Positions 28,690 through 40,028 of a stretch of 50,694 nt of DNA are shown here, in pieces. This stretch comes from an uncultured Bifidobacteriaceae bacterium. GTDB lineage: Bacteria > Actinomycetota > Actinomycetes > S36-B12. The notes under the pieces are model-generated. The model did no database searches. It saw only the letters and a program-made list of their open reading frames with translations, and was not told where the DNA came from. The stretch covers positions 1-50,694 of the forward strand of contig CAZKFI010000002.1 in the NCBI GenBank assembly GCA_964551975.1, read 5' to 3'. Each line of letters begins with the position of its first letter. Within the stretch, counting starts at the first letter, position 1. Position numbers and translations under genes: made by a program.

Positions 28690-29468
28690 TCCACTCCCGT
28701 CCGCAAACCACGGCGCGCGATTTCAAGGCAGCTGCGCAGGTCGGCAATCCGCGCATCCCGAGTGGGTGCGGTTCGGGTACTCACCTCAACCACTACTGAT
28801 CCACCGAAGCCCCGCTGGCCCAGAGTCTGCAGGACCGCTTCGACCGGCTGATTCCCGCGACCGGGCACCAGGTGCTCGTCCCGGGCGGAGCCGGTGCCGT
28901 CCGCTAGGTGCAGATGGACCAGGCGATCACCGAGATCGAGGGCCATCTGCACCGGATCAACCCGCGCCACTGCGGTGTGCGAGAGGTCCAAGGTTGTGTG
29001 CGGGTAATCCTCGTCGCGAACATCCCAGCCCGGGGAATACGCAGCCACTCGCTGCCCGCCAGCTCGCCATGGATACATGTTCTCCACGGCGAACTGCACC
29101 GGCGTCTCCTGCGTCATGCGTTCGATACCGGCGAGGAAGCCACGGGCGTACTCGCGTTGCCAGCGAAATGGCGGGTGCACCACCACAGTGGCCGCTTCGA
29201 GTGCCTCGGCGACCTCGCGGGCCCGCTGCAACTTGCCCCACGGGTCAGTGCCCCAGACACGTTGCGTGATCAGCAGACAGGGTGCGTGCACGGCAAGGAT
29301 CGGTACGGCGTAGTGATCCCGCAGAGCAAGGAGTGCATTGAGGTCCTGGCTCGCAGCATCAATACCGACCATGATCTCCACGCCGTCGAACCCGAGCGCG
29401 GCAGCATGCTCAAACGCAGCCGGGGTGCCCTCGGGGAAGACCGAAGAACTGGAGAGCCCTATCCGCAC
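28686..29468 (-). CDS. Sugar phosphate isomerase/epimerase (xylose-isomerase-like TIM barrel)
   Basis: 260 aa. Alternating beta/alpha pattern with metal-ligand-like VHAP, ENM, HLHLADG and VVEV blocks. GTG start. Confidence 0.75.
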   Translation of the reverse strand: MRIGLSSSSVFPEGTPAAFEHAAALGFDGVEIMVGIDAASQDLNALLALRDHYAVPILAVHAPCLLITQRVWGTDPWGKLQRAREVAEALEAATVVVHPPFRWQREYARGFLAGIERMTQETPVQFAVENMYPWRAGGQRVAAYSPGWDVRDEDYPHTTLDLSHTAVARVDPVQMALDLGDRLVHLHLADGTGSARDEHLVPGRGNQPVEAVLQTLGQRGFGGSVVVEVSTRTAPTRDARIADLRSCLEIARRGLRTGVE

Positions 29469-29494
29469 TGAGCCATCATCACCTGTTCTCGCAG

Positions 29495-31885
29495 CTACCG
29501 CGCACGCTGCTCAGTCGTGTCGAAGCCAGCGGTGGATTGACCGGGGCGTCGCCAACGATCCGTGAACATCGAAATCACCACGACGGCCCCAGCGCCAGCC
29601 AACCCGATGAGCACCGCCAGTAAGGAGGCCCAGGTTGGCGGCAGTGACAGGGCGAAAAAGTGAGCCAGCCACGGGATAGTGAGCACCGCGAGGAAGCTGA
29701 TGACCATGGCGGCCACGATCCCCACTCTGAGCAGGTTCAAGGGACGTGCCGCCTGCGAGAGCACTGCAGTGGCCACGATGAATAACGTGACCGTGGCAGC
29801 AGACTGTGCCGCTGCCAGACCCTCGTCGAGGCGAAGGGCGATCTGGTAACTCAGCAGCGATGCCATGGCAGCAATGAGGCCTGCCGGCACGGCAAACAAC
29901 AGGACCCGGCGAAAGAAGCCGGGCCGAAATCGCTCGGTGTTCGGCATCAGAGCAAGGAAGAAGGCCGGAATACCGATGGTGAGTGCAGAGATGAGCGACA
30001 GGTGGCGGGGAAGGAAGGGAAATGCCATCGCGAAGATCGCCGTCACCGAGCTCACGACTATGGCGTAGCAGGACTTGGTGAGAAACACGTCGGAGACCCG
30101 CTCAATATTGCCGAGCACACGTCGACCCTCTGCCACGACGTGGGGCATGACGGACCAGCGATTGTCGAGCAGGACCAGCTGAGCGACCGCTCGGGTGGCG
30201 TCGGCACCGGATCCCATGGCGATACCGAGGTCAGCAGCCTTCAGGGCCAGCACATCGTTGACGCCGTCGCCGGTCATGGCGACCGTGGAACCACGCAGGT
30301 GCAGGGCGTCAACCATCGCCTGCTTCTGTGCCGGTGTCACCCGTCCGAACACACTCGCCTGAGCCATCGTCTGCGCCAACGGTTCGGCAGTGTCGGGTAG
30401 TTCACGTGCATCCACAGGTGCGTCCGCACCCGGGACCCCCGCCTGGGTGGCGATGGCACCTACCGTGTCGGCACCGTCCCCAGAGATGACGATGACGCGC
30501 ACCTGCTGCTCACCGAAATAGGCGACCGTTTGCGCCGCATCGGAGCGCAGCTGCTGGTCAATGGCGATCACGGCAATAGGTTCGACGGTTCCCGGTCCGC
30601 TCTGTGCGTCCGGACCGCCTGAGGTGCCGCAGGCTGATCTAGCACGCGCGAGTAGCAACACCCGGGCACCCGTCTGCGCCAGCTCGGCAACCGCTGGTGG
30701 TGGTTGGCTCGGTACCAGCATCTCCGGTGCGCCAAGGACCCAGGTACTGACCTGCCCGTCGGCTTCGGTGAAATCGGCTGCAGACCACTTGCGGGCACTG
30801 GAGAACGGAACACTGGCGCCGACTCGCCAACCCGGATCTGCATACCTGGTCGCTAGAGCCTGCAGGGTCGGGCTCCCCGATGGGTCGGCCGCAGCCAGGG
30901 CCCCCAATGCCGGTGCCGGATCCAGTGCCGTCAGCTGTTCAACCGTGCGCACCTGCATACCGGGCTCGGTCAGCGTTCCGGTCTTGTCCACGCAGATGGT
31001 GTCGACCCGTGCTAGTACCTCTACTGCTGGCAGATCCTGAACGAGGACTCGGCGTTCGGCAAGGCGCACCACCGCGACGGCCATCGCGATGCTCGTCAGA
31101 AGTACGAGGCCCTCCGGGACCATCGTGACCATTCCGGCGATCGTCCCGCGTACCGCGTCATCGAAAGGGAGATCTGCGCGCACAAACTGCGAGAACATCA
31201 ACAGCAGGCCGACCGGCACGAGGAGATAGGAAACGATCCGAATGAATCGGTTCACCGCTCGTCGAAGTTCTGAATTGGTTTGCTGAAACTTGCGTGCCTG
31301 CTCGGTGAGACTCGCCGCAAAAGAATCCCGCCCGACTCGAGTTGCGTGATACGCACCAGTGCCCGCCACGACGAACGAGCCGGACATAGCTTGATCACCA
31401 AGTGCCTTGTGCACCGGGTCGGCTTCACCGGTAAGCAGACTCTCATCGATTTCCAGCCCATCGGCGGCGATGATCTCGCCATCAACCACGAGTTGGTCAC
31501 CCACCGAGAGCAGGACAACATCGTCCAGCACAACCTCGCTAGCGCTCACCTCGCTCACCACGCCATCCCGTAGCACCTGTGGCTTGGCCTCACCCAGCAC
31601 GGAGAGCTTCGCCAGGGTTCTTGAGGCTCGGTACTCCTGGATGATGCCGATTGCGGTGTTGGCGACGATGACAAAGCCGAAGAGTGAATCCTGAATCGGT
31701 GCGACCAGGAGCATGATCACCCACATGCTGCCGATCAGTGCGTTGAACCAGGTCAGGGTGTTCGCACGAATGATGTTCGGCAGGGATCTACTGCGTGGAT
31801 CTGGTACCTCGTTCACCTGACCGGCGGCGACACGTTCAGCAACCTCCGCACTGGTCAGCCCGACCAGGTTCTCCACGGACCTCAT
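29495..31885 (-). CDS. Cation-translocating P-type ATPase (P2-like, CtpE-like)
   Basis: 796 aa. DKTGTLTE phosphorylation site, MVPEGL in TM4, [21 protein letters not shown] hinge. N-terminus resembles mycobacterial CtpE. Confidence 0.92.
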   Translation of the reverse strand: MRSVENLVGLTSAEVAERVAAGQVNEVPDPRSRSLPNIIRANTLTWFNALIGSMWVIMLLVAPIQDSLFGFVIVANTAIGIIQEYRASRTLAKLSVLGEAKPQVLRDGVVSEVSASEVVLDDVVLLSVGDQLVVDGEIIAADGLEIDESLLTGEADPVHKALGDQAMSGSFVVAGTGAYHATRVGRDSFAASLTEQARKFQQTNSELRRAVNRFIRIVSYLLVPVGLLLMFSQFVRADLPFDDAVRGTIAGMVTMVPEGLVLLTSIAMAVAVVRLAERRVLVQDLPAVEVLARVDTICVDKTGTLTEPGMQVRTVEQLTALDPAPALGALAAADPSGSPTLQALATRYADPGWRVGASVPFSSARKWSAADFTEADGQVSTWVLGAPEMLVPSQPPPAVAELAQTGARVLLLARARSACGTSGGPDAQSGPGTVEPIAVIAIDQQLRSDAAQTVAYFGEQQVRVIVISGDGADTVGAIATQAGVPGADAPVDARELPDTAEPLAQTMAQASVFGRVTPAQKQAMVDALHLRGSTVAMTGDGVNDVLALKAADLGIAMGSGADATRAVAQLVLLDNRWSVMPHVVAEGRRVLGNIERVSDVFLTKSCYAIVVSSVTAIFAMAFPFLPRHLSLISALTIGIPAFFLALMPNTERFRPGFFRRVLLFAVPAGLIAAMASLLSYQIALRLDEGLAAAQSAATVTLFIVATAVLSQAARPLNLLRVGIVAAMVISFLAVLTIPWLAHFFALSLPPTWASLLAVLIGLAGAGAVVVISMFTDRWRRPGQSTAGFDTTEQRAR

Positions 31886-32811
31886 GTGGGCATACCGTCC
31901 ATGCGGTGCAGAATCAACCCCTCACGCAAAGCCCAGGGACAGATCACCAGTTCAGTGATGCCCAGCAGGTCCATCGCCGCCTCGGCCACGATCGCACCGG
32001 CGAGTAACTGCCCGGCTCGCCCCTGTGAGACCCCGGGCATTTCGGCAAGCTCTTGGGCACTCATCCCTGCGGCCTTGGTCACGATCCCTTCTACCGCGGC
32101 CAGGCTCAGTGTGCGACGCACGTAGATTCCCTCACTGGAAGGGGCGGCACCGGCGATGCGGGCCAACTGCCGAAACGTCTTGGACGTGGCCACCACCATG
32201 CTCGGTGAGCCACTACGCAAAAGTCGCCCGGCCTCACCGGCGATCATGGTTCGGGCATAGCGGCGCAGATCACGAATCGCATCGGGGGATGGGGGGTCAC
32301 CAAGCAGGTGCGATCGGGTCAGGCGACCAGCACCCAGCGGCAGCGAAATTGCCGCATCCGGCTCCTCATCCAGGCCAATGGCTGCTTCAAGGGATCCACC
32401 ACCGATGTCCAGAACGAGCAGTCGACCGGTCGACCAGCCGAACCAGCGGCGCACCGCAAGAAAGGTCATGCGAGCCTCGTCCACGCCGGAGAGAATCTGC
32501 ACCTGTTGCCCGGTGCGCTCAATAATGCGCGCAAGTACTGCCTCGCCGTTACTGGCATCCCGAATCGCCGACGTTGCAAAGGCCATGACCTCACTTGCCC
32601 CGCGATCCTCGGCCAGGCGCAGACCTTCGGCAACGAAGCTCACCAGAGTTTCAGCGGCCTCCCCGTCGATGCTGCCATCGGGCAGCAGATGCTCCGCTAA
32701 CCGCAGTGGCCGACTCATCTTCGATTCCGGAAGTGGTGCACCGCCGTGGTGCGCATCCACGATAAGCAGGTGCACGGTGTTGGACCCAATGTCCAGGACG
32801 GCGAGGCGCAC
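31882..32811 (-). CDS. ppx: Ppx/GppA family exopolyphosphatase
   Basis: 309 aa. [17 protein letters not shown] and [15 protein letters not shown]-fold phosphate motifs. The stop overlaps the ATPase start (ATGA). Confidence 0.9.
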   Translation of the reverse strand: MRLAVLDIGSNTVHLLIVDAHHGGAPLPESKMSRPLRLAEHLLPDGSIDGEAAETLVSFVAEGLRLAEDRGASEVMAFATSAIRDASNGEAVLARIIERTGQQVQILSGVDEARMTFLAVRRWFGWSTGRLLVLDIGGGSLEAAIGLDEEPDAAISLPLGAGRLTRSHLLGDPPSPDAIRDLRRYARTMIAGEAGRLLRSGSPSMVVATSKTFRQLARIAGAAPSSEGIYVRRTLSLAAVEGIVTKAAGMSAQELAEMPGVSQGRAGQLLAGAIVAEAAMDLLGITELVICPWALREGLILHRMDGMPT

Positions 32812-32867
32812 AGGCTGACGCTACCCGAGTAGCGCGGTGATGCTCGGGTGCCGAATAGGCTCACGGC

Positions 32868-33647
32868 ATGCCTGAGGTGCCATTGGATTTCCCACGTCAG
32901 TGGGTCGAGTTCGTCGACCCTGCAGATTCCGAGCAACTCATCCGAGCGGATCTCACCTGGCTCACCTCACGCTGGACCTGCATCTTCGGTCGGGGTTGCC
33001 CGGGAATCGATGCCGAGCGCCCTGATGCAGGCTGCTGTGTGCACGGGGCGCACTTCTCCGAGAAGAAGGATGAGAAGCGCGTCAAGCACTGGGTGGAGAA
33101 ACTCGACTCCGAGCTCTGGCAACACGAGGCCATCGGGCGCAGTAAAGGCTGGGTCGTCAAGGAGGACGGCGCCTACAAGACCCGGGTTCACCAGGGGGCC
33201 TGCATCTTCCATAACGACATCGACTTCCCCGGCGGCTATGGCTGTGCCTTGCACGCGCTCGCCGATCGCGAGGGTGTCTCCTTCGTGGAGACCAAGCCTG
33301 AGGTCTGCTGGCAACTACCGCTGCGCCGCAGCTACGACAACGTCAAGTACGAGGACGGCGAAGAGCGCCTGGTGGTGGTGCTCGGCGAGTACGACCGGCG
33401 TGCCTGGGGTGAAGGCGGGCACGACCTGGATTGGTACTGCTCGGGCAACACCGAGGCGCACGTGGGTAGTGAACCCGTCTATGTTTCCTCCAAAACCGAG
33501 ATCATCGCTCTCATCGGTGAACCCGCGTACCAGGAGTTGGCGCGACTGTGCCAGGCACGTGAGCGGCTACTGCTCACGGTGCTGGATCCGACCGAGCGTC
33601 CCGCACTCATGCCACATCCAGCGGATCCGGAGCCCAGTACTCCCTAG
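32868..33647 (+). CDS. Conserved Cys-rich hypothetical protein (possibly Rv0495c-like)
   Basis: 259 aa with normal protein-like composition. Cys motifs CIFGRGCPG, GCCVHGAHF, GACIFH, GCALH, VCWQLP. Chosen over the overlapping 276-aa S/R/P-rich frame. Confidence 0.7.
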   Translation: MPEVPLDFPRQWVEFVDPADSEQLIRADLTWLTSRWTCIFGRGCPGIDAERPDAGCCVHGAHFSEKKDEKRVKHWVEKLDSELWQHEAIGRSKGWVVKEDGAYKTRVHQGACIFHNDIDFPGGYGCALHALADREGVSFVETKPEVCWQLPLRRSYDNVKYEDGEERLVVVLGEYDRRAWGEGGHDLDWYCSGNTEAHVGSEPVYVSSKTEIIALIGEPAYQELARLCQARERLLLTVLDPTERPALMPHPADPEPSTP

Positions 33648-33718
33648 CGGCCGCACCATGCGCCCCCGACGCAGGTGATCCAGCAGGGATCGTCAGCCCG
33701 GAGACCTACGCTGCGACC

Positions 33719-35104
33719 ATGGCTCGCAACTCCCCTGGTTTCGCCTGCTCTGCCTGCGGCGCACCAGCGCTGAAGTGGGCGGGGCGTTGCGCCAAGTGTG
33801 GTGAGTTTGGGACGGTTGACGAGGTCAAGGTCACCGCGAACACCGGGCTACGCGCTTCCGTCACCGGTCGTGCCCCCGCTCGCCCAGCCCGCGGCGTCGC
33901 CGAGGCCCTGCAAGCGGGTCCTATTCCGCGCCTGCCAACGGGTATCGGCGAGTTTGATCGCGTCCTCGGTGGCGGCCTCGTCGCTGGGCAGGTGGTGCTC
34001 TGCAGTGGTCCACCTGGTTCGGGCAAGAGCACTTTGGTCCTTGCCGCCGCCAATGCACTCGCCGAGCAGATGGGCCGTCCGGTGCTCTATGCATCAGGTG
34101 AAGAATCAGTTGAACAGGTGGCCCTGCGCGCCAATCGACTCAACGCGCGCGACCCGGGTCTGATGCTGGCTGATGACACCGACCTCGCCAGCGTCATTGG
34201 GCAGATCGATGCGATCGACCCCGCACTGGTGGTCATCGATTCAGTACAGACCATCGCATCGGCCGAGGTCGATGGTCGGGCTGGCGGGGTAGCGCAGGTA
34301 ATGGAGGTGGCCCAAGCGATCACCCGCATCGCCAAGTCGCGGGGGATACCGGTGATCCTGATTGGTCAGGTCACCAAAGATTCCAATGTGGCGGGTCCAC
34401 GGGCCCTAGAACACATCGTGGATGCGCACCTCAATCTGGACGGTGACGCACACACCTCGTTGCGCCTGCTGCGTTCGATCAAGAATCGCTTTGGGCCTTT
34501 GGAGGTTGCGGCCTTCGAACAGACCGATGTCGGCATGCGAGAGGTCGTCGATCCCAGCGCGCTGTTCCGCGGAGAGCGCGAGGTAGCGGTTCCCGGTGTT
34601 TGCGTGACGGTGACAGTGGAGGGGAACCGCGCCCTGATGGCAGAGGTGCAGTCCCTGGTGGCCCCGACCACGAGCCCCAACCCACGGCGCGGAGTCAGTG
34701 GCCTGGATTCCGCACGCAGCACAATGCTCATCGCCGTCACCGAACGTGCCGCAGGGCTACGCCTCTACGACAAAGACGTCTACCTGGCCACCCTCGCCGG
34801 TATGCGTCTGACTGATCCAGCGAGCGATCTGGCAGTGTGCCTGGCCGTGGTCTCGGCTGCCAACGACCGAGCCCTGCCACTGGAAGCAACCGCAATCGGT
34901 GAGGTCGCCCTCTCCGGCGACGTTCGCGGAGTGCCGATGATGGCCGAACGCGTGTCAGAGGCCGTGCGTCTGGGTTACCGGTTGCTCCTGGTCCCACCCG
35001 GTTCAGCGGCCCGCGTCAATGGCCGTGCAGGTAACGCCCGACTCGTCGAGGTCACCTCACTCCAGCACGCACTCAATGCGGCTTGGTCAGCCAAGACCAG
35101 CTAG
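33719..35104 (+). CDS. radA: DNA repair protein RadA/Sms
   Basis: 461 aa. Zn finger CSACG...CAKCG, Walker A GPPGSGKST, KNRFG motif, and a Lon-like C-terminal domain. Confidence 0.95.
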   Translation: MARNSPGFACSACGAPALKWAGRCAKCGEFGTVDEVKVTANTGLRASVTGRAPARPARGVAEALQAGPIPRLPTGIGEFDRVLGGGLVAGQVVLCSGPPGSGKSTLVLAAANALAEQMGRPVLYASGEESVEQVALRANRLNARDPGLMLADDTDLASVIGQIDAIDPALVVIDSVQTIASAEVDGRAGGVAQVMEVAQAITRIAKSRGIPVILIGQVTKDSNVAGPRALEHIVDAHLNLDGDAHTSLRLLRSIKNRFGPLEVAAFEQTDVGMREVVDPSALFRGEREVAVPGVCVTVTVEGNRALMAEVQSLVAPTTSPNPRRGVSGLDSARSTMLIAVTERAAGLRLYDKDVYLATLAGMRLTDPASDLAVCLAVVSAANDRALPLEATAIGEVALSGDVRGVPMMAERVSEAVRLGYRLLLVPPGSAARVNGRAGNARLVEVTSLQHALNAAWSAKTS

Positions 35105-35121
35105 CGCGGTTCTGACTTCGC

Positions 35122-35916
35122 CTAGGAATCGCGCGTCAACGAGAACGGCGTGCCATCGCTGCGCACCTTGCCATTGCGACCAACCACTTCATAACGGCCC
35201 GGCTTGGCCTCACGATCGATTTCCGGACACCCCTTGCGACTGAGTACTCCGCTCCAGGTGATGCTCGAGGAGACCGTCTCACCCGGCTGCAGTGTGACCA
35301 CCTTGGACTTGTCACTGGCATTGCAGTCATCACTCGACCACACGTGGTAACCGCCCGAGGTCACCTCGATCTCATTAGCCTTCGGTCCCACATCACGCAG
35401 ACAGGGCAGGTCTCCGATATTGGTGATCGTCAAGGTGAGCACCGGGTTCGACCCAAGCCGGTAGGTGGATGCATCGCTAGTGCCGTCAACGGTGATGACG
35501 TCATCACCGCAGTCAATGGGTTCCCCGGTCGGTGTCTCGACAACCCCAGTCTCATCCGCCGGGGCACTCGCCTCGATCGATGCCAGGGCACTGGGTTCGA
35601 TGCTGGTACCCGAATCATCGATGGCGAAACTGGCCGTTGGTGCCGCCGAAGGCTCCGAATTTGCACTCGGCTCCGAACCTGTAGTGGGCTCCGAACTTCC
35701 ACGTCCACCCAACAGGAACCAGACACCCAGGATCAAGGTGCCAACGGCGACCAGCAGGACCAATCGGCGCAACCAGTACACACTTGGGCGCTCTGGTCCC
35801 ACCGGGAACAGCAGCGAGCTCACGTCGTCACGGTACTGCCCTTTGCCACACCGGGCACTCCTCAGCATCAAATGGACAGGTACCCAAAGGCCGGACATTC
35901 GAGTGTGGTTCGTCAA
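35122..35916 (-). CDS. Membrane-anchored protein with Cys-containing beta-rich ectodomain (Rv3587c-like position)
   Basis: 264 aa. One TM (LVLLVAVGTLILGVWFLL), an SEP-repeat linker, then a roughly 130-aa domain with 4 Cys. Start uncertain (35916, 35898 or 35868). Confidence 0.55.
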   Translation of the reverse strand: MTNHTRMSGLWVPVHLMLRSARCGKGQYRDDVSSLLFPVGPERPSVYWLRRLVLLVAVGTLILGVWFLLGGRGSSEPTTGSEPSANSEPSAAPTASFAIDDSGTSIEPSALASIEASAPADETGVVETPTGEPIDCGDDVITVDGTSDASTYRLGSNPVLTLTITNIGDLPCLRDVGPKANEIEVTSGGYHVWSSDDCNASDKSKVVTLQPGETVSSSITWSGVLSRKGCPEIDREAKPGRYEVVGRNGKVRSDGTPFSLTRDS

Positions 35917-35933
35917 CCGGCGACAATGGCCGG

Positions 35934-36821
35934 GTGCGGGAGCAGGCCGGCGACCTCGTGGCCAACACCATGGCCTGGTTCAGCACCGCGGGTCGAGACC
36001 TCCCCTGGCGTCATCCGGATCGCACCCCTTGGGGGGTGATGGTCAGCGAGTTCATGCTGCAGCAGACGCAGGTGGATCGAGTCCTCCCCGTCTGGCAGGC
36101 CTGGATTGCCCGGTGGCCGACTGCGACCGAGCTCGCCTCGGCTGACCTCGCCACTGTGCTGAGAGCCTGGGGACGACTGGGCTATCCCCGCCGTGCCCAA
36201 CGCCTGCACGCTGCGGCGGCAGTGATTACCGAACGGCACGCCGGGCAGGTTCCAGGCCGCGATGAGCAACTCCGCGCATTGCCGGGGGTCGGCGAATACA
36301 CCTCGGCAGCAATTCGTGCCTTCGCCTTTGGTCAGCCAGCCGTCGTACTCGATACGAATGTGCGGCGGGTGCTGGCCCGGACGCTGCAGGGCAGTGGCAC
36401 AGCGAGCGCTCAGGTGACCAATGCGGAGCGAGCACGAGCGGCCGAATTAGTGCAACAGGCCGGGGCACATGCACCACATTGGTCAGCTGCCGTCATGGAG
36501 TTGGGCGCGCTGGTGTGCACAGCTCGTAACCCAGACTGCGCACAGTGCCCGGTGCGCAGCCAGTGCACCTGGTACCAGGCCGGTCAACCAGCCAGCGTGA
36601 TTCCGCGACGGCAACAACCACGATTCGATGGGAGCGATCGACAGGTACGTGGCCTGATCATGGCCCGACTTCGCGAGGGTCCGGTGGAGGTGGCGGCAAT
36701 GGACCTCATCTGGTCGATCGTCGATCAGCGTGAGCGAGCTGTGAACTCACTGCTGGCGGATGGTCTGGTGGTGCGTACTGCGAACGCCTATCAACTTCCG
36801 GAAACCCGGGCGCTCTCCTAG
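35934..36821 (+). CDS. mutY: A/G-specific adenine DNA glycosylase
   Basis: DLPWR...PWGVMVSEFMLQQTQV, HhH motif LPGVGEYTSAAI, and a 4Fe-4S loop C-X6-C-X2-C-X5-C (CTARNPDCAQCPVRSQC). Start taken as GTG 35934; ATG 35970 is also possible. Confidence 0.85.
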   Translation: MREQAGDLVANTMAWFSTAGRDLPWRHPDRTPWGVMVSEFMLQQTQVDRVLPVWQAWIARWPTATELASADLATVLRAWGRLGYPRRAQRLHAAAAVITERHAGQVPGRDEQLRALPGVGEYTSAAIRAFAFGQPAVVLDTNVRRVLARTLQGSGTASAQVTNAERARAAELVQQAGAHAPHWSAAVMELGALVCTARNPDCAQCPVRSQCTWYQAGQPASVIPRRQQPRFDGSDRQVRGLIMARLREGPVEVAAMDLIWSIVDQRERAVNSLLADGLVVRTANAYQLPETRALS

Positions 36822-37297
36822 CCCAAACCGGCTTCGGTTTCCCTGGGCAATTCGCCGCCGTCAGCGGCCCGCACGACCACCCGCTGACCCGCGGGTGCGG
36901 TGAGGTCGACGTCAACCCACACCCGATCACCGGCTCCCGGCTCCTGCTCGCAGCCGGCATTGCGCAGCCGGGTCACGGACGCCCGCACTTCAATACGATC
37001 CGGACCCTCAACGCCGCTGATGCGGACCTCGTCATCGCGACAGAGCCCTCCCGGCGGTACCGCGATGGCCACCTGCACTACTCGGTCATCCGCCGTAGGT
37101 CGATAGGCGACCGGTTGCATATCCTCCGTCACCCACCCCAGTGCGCCCACTGGGCCGACGCCTCGAAAGACACCCAGCAGCAGCACGCCGACTGCGGTGG
37201 CCGCCAGGATGAACAGCACCCACCACACGATCCGCGGCACTGGGCGACGGGGAGCGTCGAACTCCTCAATCCCGGGGATCAGCGGGCCTCTCACCAT
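36818..37297 (-). CDS. Hypothetical membrane-anchored protein
   Basis: 159 aa. A single TM (IVWWVLFILAATAVGVLLLGV), then a roughly 110-aa domain with 2 Cys. Lies 18 nt downstream of clpC1 on the same strand. No recognisable motif. Confidence 0.45.
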   Translation of the reverse strand: MVRGPLIPGIEEFDAPRRPVPRIVWWVLFILAATAVGVLLLGVFRGVGPVGALGWVTEDMQPVAYRPTADDRVVQVAIAVPPGGLCRDDEVRISGVEGPDRIEVRASVTRLRNAGCEQEPGAGDRVWVDVDLTAPAGQRVVVRAADGGELPRETEAGLG

Positions 37298-37315
37298 GAG
37301 GAAGCCCGCCGCACC

Positions 37316-39811
<2,496 letters not shown>

Positions 39812-39970
39812 GCCACGCTCCGTTGCTGTCGTCGTCAATGAGGACGTCCTGCTGCCAGCCAGTGTTCATGCTAACTGCAGCTCACCGGACTTGCCGTCCG
39901 TGCGTAATCCGCACCAGCCTGACTACTGGTGACAACGCTGCTGCACCGGGCACCCTTCCCGCTAGGGATA

Positions 39971-39984
39971 CGCCCAGCGCGAAC
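39971..39984 (-). promoter_or_regulatory. Candidate ClgR operator upstream of clpC1
   Basis: The minus strand reads GTTCGCGCTGGGCG, i.e. GTTCGC-N5-GCG, the motif reported for Streptomyces ClgR (recalled from memory). Lies about 160 nt upstream of the clpC1 start, in the 217-nt divergent intergenic region. Confidence 0.3.
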
Positions 39985-40028
39985 AGGACACCGAACCGCA
40001 CGGTCACCCGGTGAGACAGGATGGGCAG

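Noticed and set aside
32848-33678. 276-aa ORF in an alternative plus frame overlapping the Cys-rich protein gene
   Set aside because: The sequence is Ser/Arg/Pro/Thr-rich and low-complexity. The 32868..33647 frame has balanced composition and conserved-looking motifs.
35651-35700. Three GGCTCCGAA copies at 18-nt spacing
   Set aside because: This is an in-frame coding repeat (SEPxxx linker) inside a membrane-protein gene. It is not a CRISPR, REP or mobile-element repeat. It is mentioned only under the related finding.
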